DNA from: Rudaea sp.
GTDB taxonomy: Bacteria; Pseudomonadota; Gammaproteobacteria; Xanthomonadales; Rhodanobacteraceae
Assembly (NCBI GenBank): GCA_035693405.1
Contig: DASSGP010000009.1
Coordinates: 1 to 50,352, forward strand
DNA: 50,352 bases
Reading direction: 5' to 3'
Shown here: positions 36,333 to 45,666 of the stretch, piece by piece
How the letters are laid out: the number at the start of each line of letters is the position of its first letter
How positions within the stretch are numbered: position 1 is the first letter of the stretch
Notes under the pieces: generated by a model
Seen by the model: the letters and a program-made list of their open reading frames with translations, nothing else
Database searches by the model: none
Told to the model about the DNA's origin: nothing
Translations under genes and position numbers: made by a program

Positions 36333-37412
36333 TCACCCGCCGGCGAGCTGCTTTGCTTCGAGTGCGGTCCAGTCGGTGTGCTGGTTCGGATCGCAATGAT
36401 CGCGTCGGCAGACAAGGAAGTCGGTGATCGGGTGGATTTCCCACAGCGACATGCGGTCCGGCTCGTCCTTGAACGGATGATCCGGATCGTCGCTGACGTA
36501 GTGAACCTTATCGTACGACAGGGCGCCTTCGACCAGGACCTGCGTGCCCTTCGCCTGAAGCTCCTTCAGCGCATCGATCGTCCAGGCGCTCGGCCGCGCC
36601 TGCGGGATCATCTCGACGACGATGCCCTGGAACTCGGTGTCGCCCGCCGCGGCAACGACCGGAATGTGGAAGTCGTTGTCGTATGGTTTCTTCAGGTTGC
36701 AATTGACTGACTCGCCTGCCTTGTTGGCATGCAGGCCGTCCTGGCCTTTCGGAATGTAGGCGACGACGCGGACGCGGTCGCCTTCGGATACGCCGCCCGC
36801 AGCCACTTTGAGGTCGGTCAGCTTCTGATAGCCATGCGGGGTCAGGTCGTAGGGACCTTGACCGACCTTCTCGTCGGCCTGCTTCTGCAGCGATTTCAGA
36901 TCGTCGAAGGTGAGCAGGACGGCTGCCTTGCCGTTTTCCGGTCGCGTCCTCTTCATCGCGTTTGCCTCGGCCTCCCAGGACCCTTCCTTTGCGCAGCCGC
37001 GTGCCGGGCATTCGTCGAGCGTCGCCGCACAGACCTGATTGTCAGGATCGCCTTGCTGCGCGCCGTGTTCGTGTTCGTGCGTGATGCGCACGTCCTCCGC
37101 GGCGATCCAGCCAACCGGTCCTTTGTCCCGGCGAACGACGCGGTAGAAGCCGCCGCTGTCCATGTGCGCGGCCCAGACCAGGGTCGTGCCCTTGGCGGCC
37201 GTGAATGCCGTTTCTGCGCTCGCTGCCGGGCGCGAGCGCACTGCCGCGTCACGCACGCTCTGCACCAGATCGACGTCGTACGACTGGCACACGCCGGCAA
37301 GCGGCAGCGCGAGAAGCAGCGTTGCTGATGCGAATACTCCGCGGCGACGAGATCTGGCGTAACGAGATCTGGGGTAATGAGATCTGGGGCGACGAGACGA
37401 TCCAGGCTGCAT
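36333..37412 (-). CDS. Exported hypothetical protein (SH3-like N-terminal part, Cys/His-containing OB-fold-like C-terminal part)
   Basis: AGGAGG RBS; Arg-rich n-region plus hydrophobic signal; 'GWI', 'CPARGC', 'ESVNC', 'DFHI', 'WEIHPI'. Confidence 0.8.
   Translation of the reverse strand: MQPGSSRRPRSHYPRSRYARSRRRGVFASATLLLALPLAGVCQSYDVDLVQSVRDAAVRSRPAASAETAFTAAKGTTLVWAAHMDSGGFYRVVRRDKGPVGWIAAEDVRITHEHEHGAQQGDPDNQVCAATLDECPARGCAKEGSWEAEANAMKRTRPENGKAAVLLTFDDLKSLQKQADEKVGQGPYDLTPHGYQKLTDLKVAAGGVSEGDRVRVVAYIPKGQDGLHANKAGESVNCNLKKPYDNDFHIPVVAAAGDTEFQGIVVEMIPQARPSAWTIDALKELQAKGTQVLVEGALSYDKVHYVSDDPDHPFKDEPDRMSLWEIHPITDFLVCRRDHCDPNQHTDWTALEAKQLAGG
37346..37397. repeat. 15-bp tandem repeat (3.5 copies) in the signal-peptide n-region
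   Basis: GACGAGATCTGGCGT/AACGAGATCTGGGGT/AATGAGATCTGGGGC/GACGAGA. Confidence 0.75.
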
Positions 37413-37919
37413 GCGAATCTCCTCCTGTTTGGTTGCAGCACCTTGCCGTTTCCCTCCCAAATCGATGATGAACCCGGAGAACTCGCGCGCGTGCGCGGTG
37501 GGACGGCGTTCAGCCGCCTTGTGGCGCAGGCCAATTCTTTTTAGCCGAGCGCAGGGAGTACTTTCGAAAATTCATGTCGGCGCTGTGAGCGATCGAACGC
37601 TGCGGGCAAAACGCCGTTGCACGTGTTGCACGCAGCTGGATGAAGCGTGGCCGCTTCTGACGCGATCTCCCGGGCCATCGCACGTTTCACCAGGATTCAG
37701 TTCCGGACGCTCTCTGCAAAATCGATTCATCCGCCATTGATCAAGGGCGGTGGACAATTACTACGAACCTGATCCAGCAAGAGGACGCTGGAGCGTCGGC
37801 GCGAGGGAGCCGGTTCGCGGCCGATCGTGGTGAGACATTCGTGAGGTGCTAAGGATCCACGGGACCGCCCATAAGGCGCGCCCGATCCATCTTCGCCCAA
37901 AGAACAGGAGAATTTTCTC

Positions 37920-38405
37920 ATGCGCAAGCACGCCAACATTCTAGTAGCACTCGCGTTTGCCACGGCAATGTTGCAAGGCTGCAATCAGCAGGCAGACAGC
38001 ACCGCGAAGGTTCAGGCCGACGTTGCCAAGGCGGAAGCCGACGGACAGAAGAAGATAATCGACGCGCAGGCGAAGCTCGATCAGGTAGTCGCGCAAAACA
38101 ACAAGAACCTGGTCGGCACGCAGGCGGACGCGCAGAAGGATGCGAGCAGCAATCCGAATGCGCCGCCGCCGGACGCCAACGCCGATATCGCCAAGGCGCG
38201 CAGTGACGCCGAAGTCAAGGTTGCGGATGCGCAATATGATGTCGACAAGGCCAAGGCCGAAGCGGCCAAGCAAGTCGCGGACGCGCGTTGCGAATCGCAG
38301 GTCGGTGATGCGAACAAGCAGTGCCTGGCAAGCGCAAAGGCGGACTATGACGCGGCGGTCGCGGCGGCGAAGGCCAGGAACGACACAGTGCACGCGGCTC
38401 ACTAG
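37920..38405 (+). CDS. Ala/Lys/Asp-rich helical lipoprotein
   Basis: AGGAG RBS; lipobox 'LQGC'; C-terminal 'RCE.....NKQC...AKA.YD'. Confidence 0.85.
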   Translation: MRKHANILVALAFATAMLQGCNQQADSTAKVQADVAKAEADGQKKIIDAQAKLDQVVAQNNKNLVGTQADAQKDASSNPNAPPPDANADIAKARSDAEVKVADAQYDVDKAKAEAAKQVADARCESQVGDANKQCLASAKADYDAAVAAAKARNDTVHAAH

Positions 38406-38494
38406 TAGTACGAAACAGCGGCGACGTTCGCGGGCTACGCAGGTGGCCCGCTGGCGCACGAAGAGTTCCAACAAGACCAAATGAGGAGATTCTC

Positions 38495-38761
38495 ATGCGC
38501 GTAATCACAGTGTTGACGCTGGCAACTCTCGCCGCCGCAGCTACCGGCTGCACGAACAGCGTAAAGTCATCCGAACCGCAGACGTTCACCTACGACTGCT
38601 CGGGCCTTGGCAAAGGCTGGGGCGATTGCAATGAAAAAGCGGACGCGCAGTGCGGCGCCCACAACTACACGGTCGTGTCGCAGAAGGGCGACGCGGAGGG
38701 CAAGAGCGCCAGCGGCAACACCGAGATGAGGCGCACGCTGGTGGTTACCTGCAAGCACTGA
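38495..38761 (+). CDS. Small Cys-containing lipoprotein
   Basis: GAGGAG RBS; lipobox 'ATGC'; 'CSG..WGDC..KA..QC...RTLVVTCK'. Confidence 0.85.
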   Translation: MRVITVLTLATLAAAATGCTNSVKSSEPQTFTYDCSGLGKGWGDCNEKADAQCGAHNYTVVSQKGDAEGKSASGNTEMRRTLVVTCKH

Positions 38762-38905
38762 GCTCGAGGAAAGCCGGGTCGGAGTGCGCTTCAAACGAAG
38801 GAAGCGGACAAGGGTGTATTCTGCATCGGCGCGATTGACACTTGCGGCGTCACAATGGCCGCCGCGAAGGATCCCGCATCGTCCCGCCTGAGCAAAAAGG
38901 ACATC

Positions 38906-39337
38906 ATGATCAACCTCCCACGCTTGCGCGCTGCGTTATCGCCGGCCGTCCTCTGCGCCTTGTATTCGTGCTTCTGCAGCCCGCCTCTCGAAGCGGCGGA
39001 GCGGATGGAACGCGGCCAATGGGAGTTCGCCATGACCACGGACGGTTCGACGCGCACCTTCAAGCAATGCATAACGGCAGACAAGGCAAACGAGGTCAAC
39101 GGCGACACCCAGACGGCGCGGTCGTATGCCGAGAAGCATTCGAATGGCCGCTGCACGATCAAATCGTACGAGGTCGCCGGCGACAAGGTCTCGTATTCAC
39201 TGGCGTGCGGCGACAGGCAAATCGATAGCGTCACGACATATCACGGTGACACCTCCGAGGGCTCGTTGGTCACGACCAGCGACGGCAAATCGGTCACGGC
39301 GCAGGTGAAGGCCAAGCGGCTGGGCGCATGCCCATAG
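38906..39337 (+). CDS. DUF3617-family exported protein
   Basis: Signal peptide; 'G.WE', 'CIT', 'C.I', terminal 'AKRLGACP'. Confidence 0.8.
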   Translation: MINLPRLRAALSPAVLCALYSCFCSPPLEAAERMERGQWEFAMTTDGSTRTFKQCITADKANEVNGDTQTARSYAEKHSNGRCTIKSYEVAGDKVSYSLACGDRQIDSVTTYHGDTSEGSLVTTSDGKSVTAQVKAKRLGACP

Positions 39338-39673
39338 AGCGGAGATCGTGCCGGGCGCCGGCACGAATGATTGTGTCAGCAGGACCATAAGGGCCAGGTT
39401 CCCTCTCAGGGCGCGACCGACCGCACAACAACGGATCGGCTCAGTGCTGTCCTGCAGGAACGCGCAAGCCCCGCAAATCGAACACGCTTGTCAAAGTCTG
39501 TTTTTCCGGCTTTCCCACCATATGATCCCCGCAACTTTGCCCGGTAACGGCCGCGCACGAGCCTCGAAATCCGGCTGAGAGCACGGCTTGCGGAAATCGC
39601 GAGCACGAGGCGGCGATGCTATCTTTCGGCCTGATCGTCGCTCTGGCCGCGTTTGCAAACAGAGGCGGAAACC

Positions 39674-40528
39674 ATGACCACGGAAAAAAAGTCTATGGCG
39701 TTCGGCTGGTGCGTCTACGGCCTGGGCGTGATGGCGTTGGGCATGGTGTGCCTTGCGTTCGGAGACTTCCATCCGGGCCAGCCCGTGCCAAAGGATTTCC
39801 CCGCCCGCACCGCGCTGGCCTACGCGGCCGCTGCGTTCATGCTCGTCGCGGGTGCGGCCGTCGAGTGGCGGCGGACGATGGCATGGGGCGCCGCGGCGCT
39901 CACTGCTTACTTTGGGTTGATTGTCGTCATCGTGTTGAACGGCCGCGTGCTGCTCGCCCATTACGCTGAATACGGCCCGTACGAAAGCCTGGCCATAGAG
40001 CTCGCGATTGCGGCGGGCGGGCTGATCGTCTACGCCGCCAGCGCCAGGATCGATCCAGCCTTGGCGTCGCGTCTCACGCGTGTGGCCCAGGTGGCGTTCG
40101 GGGTTTGTGCGCTGATTTTCGGCGGAGCGCATTTTGTCTACATGAACCTGACCGCACCGCTGGTTCCCAAATGGCTGCCGCCTTCACAAGAGTTCTGGGG
40201 TTATGCGACCGGTCTGTGCCATATCGCGGGGGGTGTTGCGATCCTGACGGGCGTGCAGGCACGACTTGCCGCAATCCTGCTGACCGTCATGTTCGCGTCG
40301 TTTACGCCGCTGGTTCACGTGCCGATGCTCCTGGCCGACCCGTCGAGCCATTGGATCTGGAACGAAAACGCGGTGAATATCGCGCTGACCGGCGCCGCCT
40401 GGGTCGTAGCGGATTCGCTGGCGCTGCGGAGGCACTCCTGGTCTGAAGCCCCGAAGGTCGTAGTGAGCGAGAAGCCCCGTGCGCAGTGGAGTCATGAAAT
40501 GGCGCGGCCAACACCGGACGCGGATTGA
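39674..40528 (+). CDS. DoxX-like multi-pass membrane protein
   Basis: Multiple TMs; 'FG.AHF', 'LVPKWLPP.Q.FW', 'RLAA.LL..M'. Confidence 0.8.
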   Translation: MTTEKKSMAFGWCVYGLGVMALGMVCLAFGDFHPGQPVPKDFPARTALAYAAAAFMLVAGAAVEWRRTMAWGAAALTAYFGLIVVIVLNGRVLLAHYAEYGPYESLAIELAIAAGGLIVYAASARIDPALASRLTRVAQVAFGVCALIFGGAHFVYMNLTAPLVPKWLPPSQEFWGYATGLCHIAGGVAILTGVQARLAAILLTVMFASFTPLVHVPMLLADPSSHWIWNENAVNIALTGAAWVVADSLALRRHSWSEAPKVVVSEKPRAQWSHEMARPTPDAD

Positions 40529-40658
40529 AGCCACGCAGCTTCCGCGCGCTGCATTGCGGCGAGCAGGGTTGTTGCTCCTGGCGCGCTTGAGCCGGCAACA
40601 AATTCGCGGTAGCTTGCCGGCACCGCGCGCATCACGCGCGCCGCAAGCCACTCGCTTC

Positions 40659-41255
40659 ATGAGCGACATCGACGACCTCACGGTGAAGACGGTTGCGCTG
40701 ATCCGTGCATTGCACGAACGCGACGACAACACCGGCGGACACAGCGACCGCACTCGCGCGCTTGCGATCGAACTCGGCAAGGCATCCCACCTGTCCGCCG
40801 CCGACCTCGATACGTTGAGCCTTGCAGCGCACTTGCACGACATCGGAAAAATCGGCATACCCGACAGCGTGCTGCTCAAGCCGGGCCGTCTCGACGACGA
40901 GGAGTTGCAGGTCATGCGCACGCACCCGCAGCGAGGCCACGACATTCTCGTCTCGATTCCCGACCCGCAGGTGGCCGCCGTCGCCAACGTTGTGCTCCAT
41001 CACCACGAGGGCTTCGACGGCAACGGCTATCCGAATCGCCTGCGCGGCGAACAGATTCCGCCGATGTCGCGCATCGTCGCGATCGCGGACAGCTACGACG
41101 CCATGGCGACCGTGCGTCCGTATCACAAGCCGCGCACGCATGCCGAGATCATGAAACTGATGTTCGATCAGCAGGCCGGAAAGTACGATCCGTACTTCGA
41201 ACAGCTATTCGCGGGCGTCGCCGAACACAGCCCCTACCGGGCTGCCGCCGGCTGA
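40659..41255 (+). CDS. Stand-alone HD-GYP phosphodiesterase
   Basis: 'GHS.R', 'LHDIGKIGIPD', 'HHHEGFDGNGYP', 'AIADSYDAM', 'RPY'. Confidence 0.92.
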   Translation: MSDIDDLTVKTVALIRALHERDDNTGGHSDRTRALAIELGKASHLSAADLDTLSLAAHLHDIGKIGIPDSVLLKPGRLDDEELQVMRTHPQRGHDILVSIPDPQVAAVANVVLHHHEGFDGNGYPNRLRGEQIPPMSRIVAIADSYDAMATVRPYHKPRTHAEIMKLMFDQQAGKYDPYFEQLFAGVAEHSPYRAAAG

Positions 41256-41293
41256 TCGAACTGGCGCTCGTCCCAACGCACGGCTTTCGACCC

Positions 41294-41827
41294 ATGGACA
41301 AGACTCAACTCGGTGTGGTGCGCGGCATGGGCCTGGCCCTGCTGACGGCCGCTGCAGTGTTCGCTTTCTCTGCCATGTATGTCTCGCGAGTCTGGGGTGT
41401 CGGGTCGGACCTGGCCTCGCGAGCCACAGTCGCATCATGGGCACTCGTGTTGCCGGCGTTCGCGCTATTCGTGTGTATCGCGCGCCTCGCAAAGCACCGG
41501 TTCTTCACGCCCGAGGACATACACGGCAGCGGGCTGACTGGCGGCACCGACAAGGCGAAATTGCTTCAGGCGTTGCTTCAAAACACATTGGAACAATCCT
41601 GCCTTGCACTGCCGGTATACATCGCGGCTTCCATCGTTGCGCCTGCTCCGCTGCTTCCGGTGGTTCCTGCTGCCGCGGCAATGTTTCTCGTCGGGCGCCT
41701 GTTTTTTTTCGCGGGCTATGCGAACGGGGCTCCTTCGAGAGCATACGGGTTTGGGCTCACCTTCTACCCGACGGTCTTCCTGCTGCTGTTCGTGGTAGCG
41801 CTCGGTGTATCGAAGGCCGTAGCCTGA
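41294..41827 (+). CDS. MAPEG-family membrane protein
   Basis: Four TMs; 'LQNTLEQ', 'GRLFFFAGY', 'RAYGF.LT'. Confidence 0.82.
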   Translation: MDKTQLGVVRGMGLALLTAAAVFAFSAMYVSRVWGVGSDLASRATVASWALVLPAFALFVCIARLAKHRFFTPEDIHGSGLTGGTDKAKLLQALLQNTLEQSCLALPVYIAASIVAPAPLLPVVPAAAAMFLVGRLFFFAGYANGAPSRAYGFGLTFYPTVFLLLFVVALGVSKAVA

Positions 41828-41951
41828 GCCCCGGTTCGACCAGTCTCCGGCAGGTGCGCTGCCAAGTTAGAATATTCGATACTGCTCAAGTAAGGTAACG
41901 CAACCAGGACCAGGGGCAGGTCGATCCGGTCCCTCAGATGGATTCCCTCCG

Positions 41952-42737
41952 ATGACCGACAAGAGCGCGCCCGCCGTCCTGATCACGATGGCGCATAGCC
42001 ACTACAGCGAAAAGGCCCGCTGGGCCCTCGACTGGCTCGCGCTGCCGTATCGCGAAGAGCGGCACGTGCCTCTCGTGCACCGGATGGCGACGACCCGCAA
42101 CGGAGGAGGAAGCGTGCCCGTGCTCGTGCACGGAAGCAGTCGCTTCATCGATTCGACCGACATCCTCATGCATGCCGACGCCGTTGCGGGCGGCGACCTG
42201 CTGTATCCCCGTGATGCGGCGTTGCGAGCCCAGGTCGAAGCGCTCGAGGAGCAGTTCGATGAAGAATTTGGTCCGCATACGCGACGCTGGGCGTACGCAC
42301 ACGCGCTCGCGGAAAGGCGTCTGCTTCGCAGCATGATGTCGCGCGGCGTTCCGCGGATCGAGGCATGCCTTCTTCCGCTCCTGATGCCGAGCGTAGTTGC
42401 CATCGTACGCGACCGGCTCAAGATCACGCCGGAAAGCGCGCAGCGATCGATCGGGATCGTGCGCCGGATCTTCGCCGAGGTCGGCGAGCGCCTCGGCGAT
42501 GGACGCCAATTCCTGGTCGACGATCGTTTCACCGCCGCCGATCTGACATTTGCAGCGCTCGCGGCGCCCGTGCTGTTCCCCGCCGGCTACCGCGCCGCCT
42601 ACCCGGCGCTGGACGACGTACCAGCTTCGATGCGCGACGAGGTCTTGCGCTTGAGGGACACCGACGCAGGAAAGTTTGCACTGCGCTTGTTCTCGCAGGA
42701 GCGAGGCCGTACGGCGACGCCTCGAGCTGAAAATTGA
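41952..42737 (+). CDS. Glutathione S-transferase family protein
   Basis: 'SHYSEKARWALD', 'SVPVL', 'DSTDI', 'FTAADLTFAAL'. Confidence 0.88.
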   Translation: MTDKSAPAVLITMAHSHYSEKARWALDWLALPYREERHVPLVHRMATTRNGGGSVPVLVHGSSRFIDSTDILMHADAVAGGDLLYPRDAALRAQVEALEEQFDEEFGPHTRRWAYAHALAERRLLRSMMSRGVPRIEACLLPLLMPSVVAIVRDRLKITPESAQRSIGIVRRIFAEVGERLGDGRQFLVDDRFTAADLTFAALAAPVLFPAGYRAAYPALDDVPASMRDEVLRLRDTDAGKFALRLFSQERGRTATPRAEN

Positions 42738-42882
42738 CCCGGCTGAAGGCGGTGACGCCTTGGGCCGGGTTAGTCCGTTTCTCCGCCCGCGGAAAATTCG
42801 ACAGCGCGCTGTGCAACGTGACGTCGCGCGGCGGGCGTGCGATGCAGCCGTGCGACCGACGCGCGCCGCCGGCCCCAAACAC

Positions 42883-43782
42883 TCAATTCCTTTTTTCGGT
42901 TATGGGCGCCCTCAGTTCCCCAAGCCTCGAAAGGAACAGCTTGAGAATCGGCGAAGTGTTTGCCTTGCTGTAACCCACGGCCAGATCGATCGTTGGCGCT
43001 TCTCCCGCCAGCGGACGGCTGACCACGGACCATGGGAGCAGATTCTTCGCGTAGGCGGGCATCAGCGCCAACCCGCGGGTGGACGCAACCAGTGACATGG
43101 CCATCGCAAGATTGTCCACGCCATGATCCAGTTTGATGTCGAGCCCGCAGCGGCGCAGATAGTCCTCGGTCACGGCGCGCAGTACTGCGGCCTTGTTCGA
43201 ACCGCCGATGAAGATCTCGCCGACGAATTCCCGCGGGTAAATTGCTTCGTGGCTGGTCAGGCGATGGTCGCTCGGCATCAGGACGATCAGCGGTTCGTGG
43301 TCCACCACTTCGTAGCACAGGTCGAAGGCGGGCTCGACGCGCAGGAAGGCTACATCGAGCCGGCCGCGGACGAGCGCCTCGGCAAGGTCTGGCGAATAGT
43401 CGCTCGACACCGTGACCTGAATGTTCTTCAGCTCATCGCGCAACACATGCATGGCCCGTTGCAGCCAGTTCATCTCGTGACCGGTTTGAAAGCCGATCGC
43501 AAATGTCTTTCGTGCAGGCTGTCCAGCCTTGCGCGCTGCTTCGACCGCGGCATCGACCTGCGTCAGCGCCAGACGTGCATGGTCGAGAAAGGCCTTGCCC
43601 GCGGCAGTCAGCTCGACACCACGAACGCTGCGAGATAGCAGTTCGACTCCCACTTGATATTCCAGGTCGCGAATCTGCCGGCTCAGCGAAGGCTGGGAGG
43701 TGTGCAGCCGTAGCTCAGCGGCCGTCGTCAGGCTGCCTTCCTCGACCACGGCGACGAAATAGCGCAGGTGCCGCAACTCCAT
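42883..43782 (-). CDS. LysR-family regulator (HcaR-like)
   Basis: 'MELRHLRYFVAV.EEGS.T.AA..LHTSQPSLSRQIRDLE'; divergent from the SDR cluster. Confidence 0.95.
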   Translation of the reverse strand: MELRHLRYFVAVVEEGSLTTAAELRLHTSQPSLSRQIRDLEYQVGVELLSRSVRGVELTAAGKAFLDHARLALTQVDAAVEAARKAGQPARKTFAIGFQTGHEMNWLQRAMHVLRDELKNIQVTVSSDYSPDLAEALVRGRLDVAFLRVEPAFDLCYEVVDHEPLIVLMPSDHRLTSHEAIYPREFVGEIFIGGSNKAAVLRAVTEDYLRRCGLDIKLDHGVDNLAMAMSLVASTRGLALMPAYAKNLLPWSVVSRPLAGEAPTIDLAVGYSKANTSPILKLFLSRLGELRAPITEKRN

Positions 43783-43930
43783 GACCGTTACATGCCTGAG
43801 AGGTATGCCCCTCAGCTTACAAAGTCTTTTTCACGCACGCCAGAGAAGCCTAGAGTGCTCGCCACAGAAGCAGGGTTGTCGATAGGCAAACTACTGTTAT
43901 TAAAGATGTTATTCAATATTGGAGATCACG

Positions 43931-44671
43931 ATGTCTAAGTTAGCTGAAAAAGTAGCACTGGTTACCGGTGGGTCGCGAGGTATAGGCGCAGCGATCGCGA
44001 AACGTCTGGCGGCGGATGGAGCAAGGGTGGCAATTACTTACGCGAAGGACGCCGGCGCCGCGTCCGCGGTGGTGAAAGCGATCGAACGCAATGGCGGAAA
44101 GGCCATCGCGATCCTGGCAGATGCCGCCGACGTCAAGGCAGTCACGGCCGCGGTCGAGAAGACCATCGCAACTTTCGGCCGACTCGATGTGCTCGTGAAC
44201 AATGCTGGCACAGCGATTCCGAAACCGTTCGAGGAGGCCACTCTGGAGGAGATGAACCGCGTGATCGACATCAACATTCGCGGCGTGTTCGCAGCGACGC
44301 AGGCGGCGCTGAAGCACATGAAGAGCGGCGGTCGCATCATCTCGATCGGCTCGGCTGTAGGTGAACGTGTCGCAGCACCCGGGCTTGTGCCTTACGCTGG
44401 CACGAAGGGAGCCGTGAAGATGTTCACTCAGGCGCTGGCTCGAGAGATCGGGAGCCGGGGCATCACGGTCAACAATGTCCAGCCGGGTCCGATCGACACG
44501 GATTTGAATCCCGCGGCGGGCGATTGGGCGGTGCCTCAGAAGGCCGCCACAGCGCTCGACCGCTACGGGCGTGTCGATGAGATCGCCGCGATGGTGGCGT
44601 TCGTCGCCGGCCCGGAGTCCTCGTACATCACCGGGGCGAATCTGACCGTCGATGGCGGAATGAACGCCTGA
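43931..44671 (+). CDS. Short-chain dehydrogenase/reductase
   Basis: GGAG RBS; 'TGGSRGIG', 'NNAG', 'YAGTK', 'QPGPIDTD'. Confidence 0.95.
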   Translation: MSKLAEKVALVTGGSRGIGAAIAKRLAADGARVAITYAKDAGAASAVVKAIERNGGKAIAILADAADVKAVTAAVEKTIATFGRLDVLVNNAGTAIPKPFEEATLEEMNRVIDINIRGVFAATQAALKHMKSGGRIISIGSAVGERVAAPGLVPYAGTKGAVKMFTQALAREIGSRGITVNNVQPGPIDTDLNPAAGDWAVPQKAATALDRYGRVDEIAAMVAFVAGPESSYITGANLTVDGGMNA

Positions 44672-44716
44672 GCTGACGCTGATCCCGACGCGCTCTTCGC
44701 GAACGGCTTCGATTGA
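44672..44716 (+). other. Orphan 14-codon frame encoding ADADPDALFANGFD-stop directly after the SDR stop
   Basis: gct gac gct gat ccc gac gcg ctc ttc gcg aac ggc ttc gat tga, in frame with the SDR; matches the D-x-[IL]-F-x-[DN]-G-F-[DE] terminal motif. Confidence 0.65.
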
Positions 44717-44799
44717 GAAGCGAACACGCGTGTCGGGACACGGCCGGCTTTCGCTCGCTCGCCTGTCCAGCTTGATCGCCACTACCAACGAGAATCTCA

Positions 44800-45657
44800 A
44801 TGAGACAGTTCAGTCACCAGAACGCGCCCACGCGGTTCGTCGAAGCCAACGGCGTCCGCTTCGCCTATCGACGCTTCGGTAAGGCCGGCGGCGTGCCACT
44901 GGTGTTCAACATGCATTTCACTGGCACGATGGATCACTGGGACCCGCGCGTGACCGACGGCTTTGCCGAAGATCGCGAAGTCATCTTGTTCGACAATGCC
45001 GGTATCTCCAGCAGCTCCGGCGAGGTGCCGACTTCGGTCGAGGGCATGGCCGCCAACGCCGTCGCCTTCATCAAGACGCTGGGACTGAAACAAGTCGACG
45101 TGCTCGGCTTCTCGCTCGGCGGCCTCGTCGCCCAGGAGATCACGCTGCAGGCTCCGGAGTTGGTCCGCCGCCTGTTGCTGGTCGGAACCGGCCCGCGCAG
45201 CGGCGAGGGTATGGCCTCGTTGACGCCGGAAGCGCAGAAAATTTTCGGCGCGACGTACGATTCGCCCGATCACTTGTGGCTAAGCGTCTTCTTCACACCC
45301 TCGGCGGCCAGCCAGGCCGCCGGCCACGCCTATTTGAAGCGCTTCCGCCTGCGCACCGCGGACCGCGATCCCGAAGCGAACGAAAAGGTGGCGCCCGCGC
45401 AGCTCGAAGCGCTGGCCAAGTGGGGCGCTCCGCGCGAAAACCCGTTCGAATATCTCAAGGCGATCCGTCAACCGACGCTGGTCATCAACGGCGACGACGA
45501 CGTGATCATCTACACCATCAACTCGTACATCCTCCAGCAGAACATCCCCGACGCGCAGTTGATCCTCTATCCGGACGCCAACCACGGCTCGCAGTATCAG
45601 TATCCGGAACGTTTCGTGCGGCACGTGTCGATGTTCCTGTCTGAAAAAGCCGCTTAG
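44800..45657 (+). CDS. Alpha/beta fold hydrolase
   Basis: 'HFTGTMDHWDP', 'FDNAG', 'GFSLGG', 'NGDDD', 'YPDANHG'. Confidence 0.92.
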   Translation: MRQFSHQNAPTRFVEANGVRFAYRRFGKAGGVPLVFNMHFTGTMDHWDPRVTDGFAEDREVILFDNAGISSSSGEVPTSVEGMAANAVAFIKTLGLKQVDVLGFSLGGLVAQEITLQAPELVRRLLLVGTGPRSGEGMASLTPEAQKIFGATYDSPDHLWLSVFFTPSAASQAAGHAYLKRFRLRTADRDPEANEKVAPAQLEALAKWGAPRENPFEYLKAIRQPTLVINGDDDVIIYTINSYILQQNIPDAQLILYPDANHGSQYQYPERFVRHVSMFLSEKAA

Positions 45658-45666
45658 GGAACGATC

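Noticed and set aside
24360-36569. Prophage or ICE call for the repeat-flanked segment
   Set aside because: No integrase, transposase, phage or conjugation genes are visible; only the direct repeat is supported.
39491-39600. Possible gene remnant ('PDFEARARPLPGKVAGIIWWE') on the minus strand
   Set aside because: Too short, with no recognisable family; cannot be supported without a search.
44669-44671. TGA as selenocysteine
   Set aside because: It falls at the normal SDR C-terminus with no catalytic rationale and no clear SECIS hairpin.
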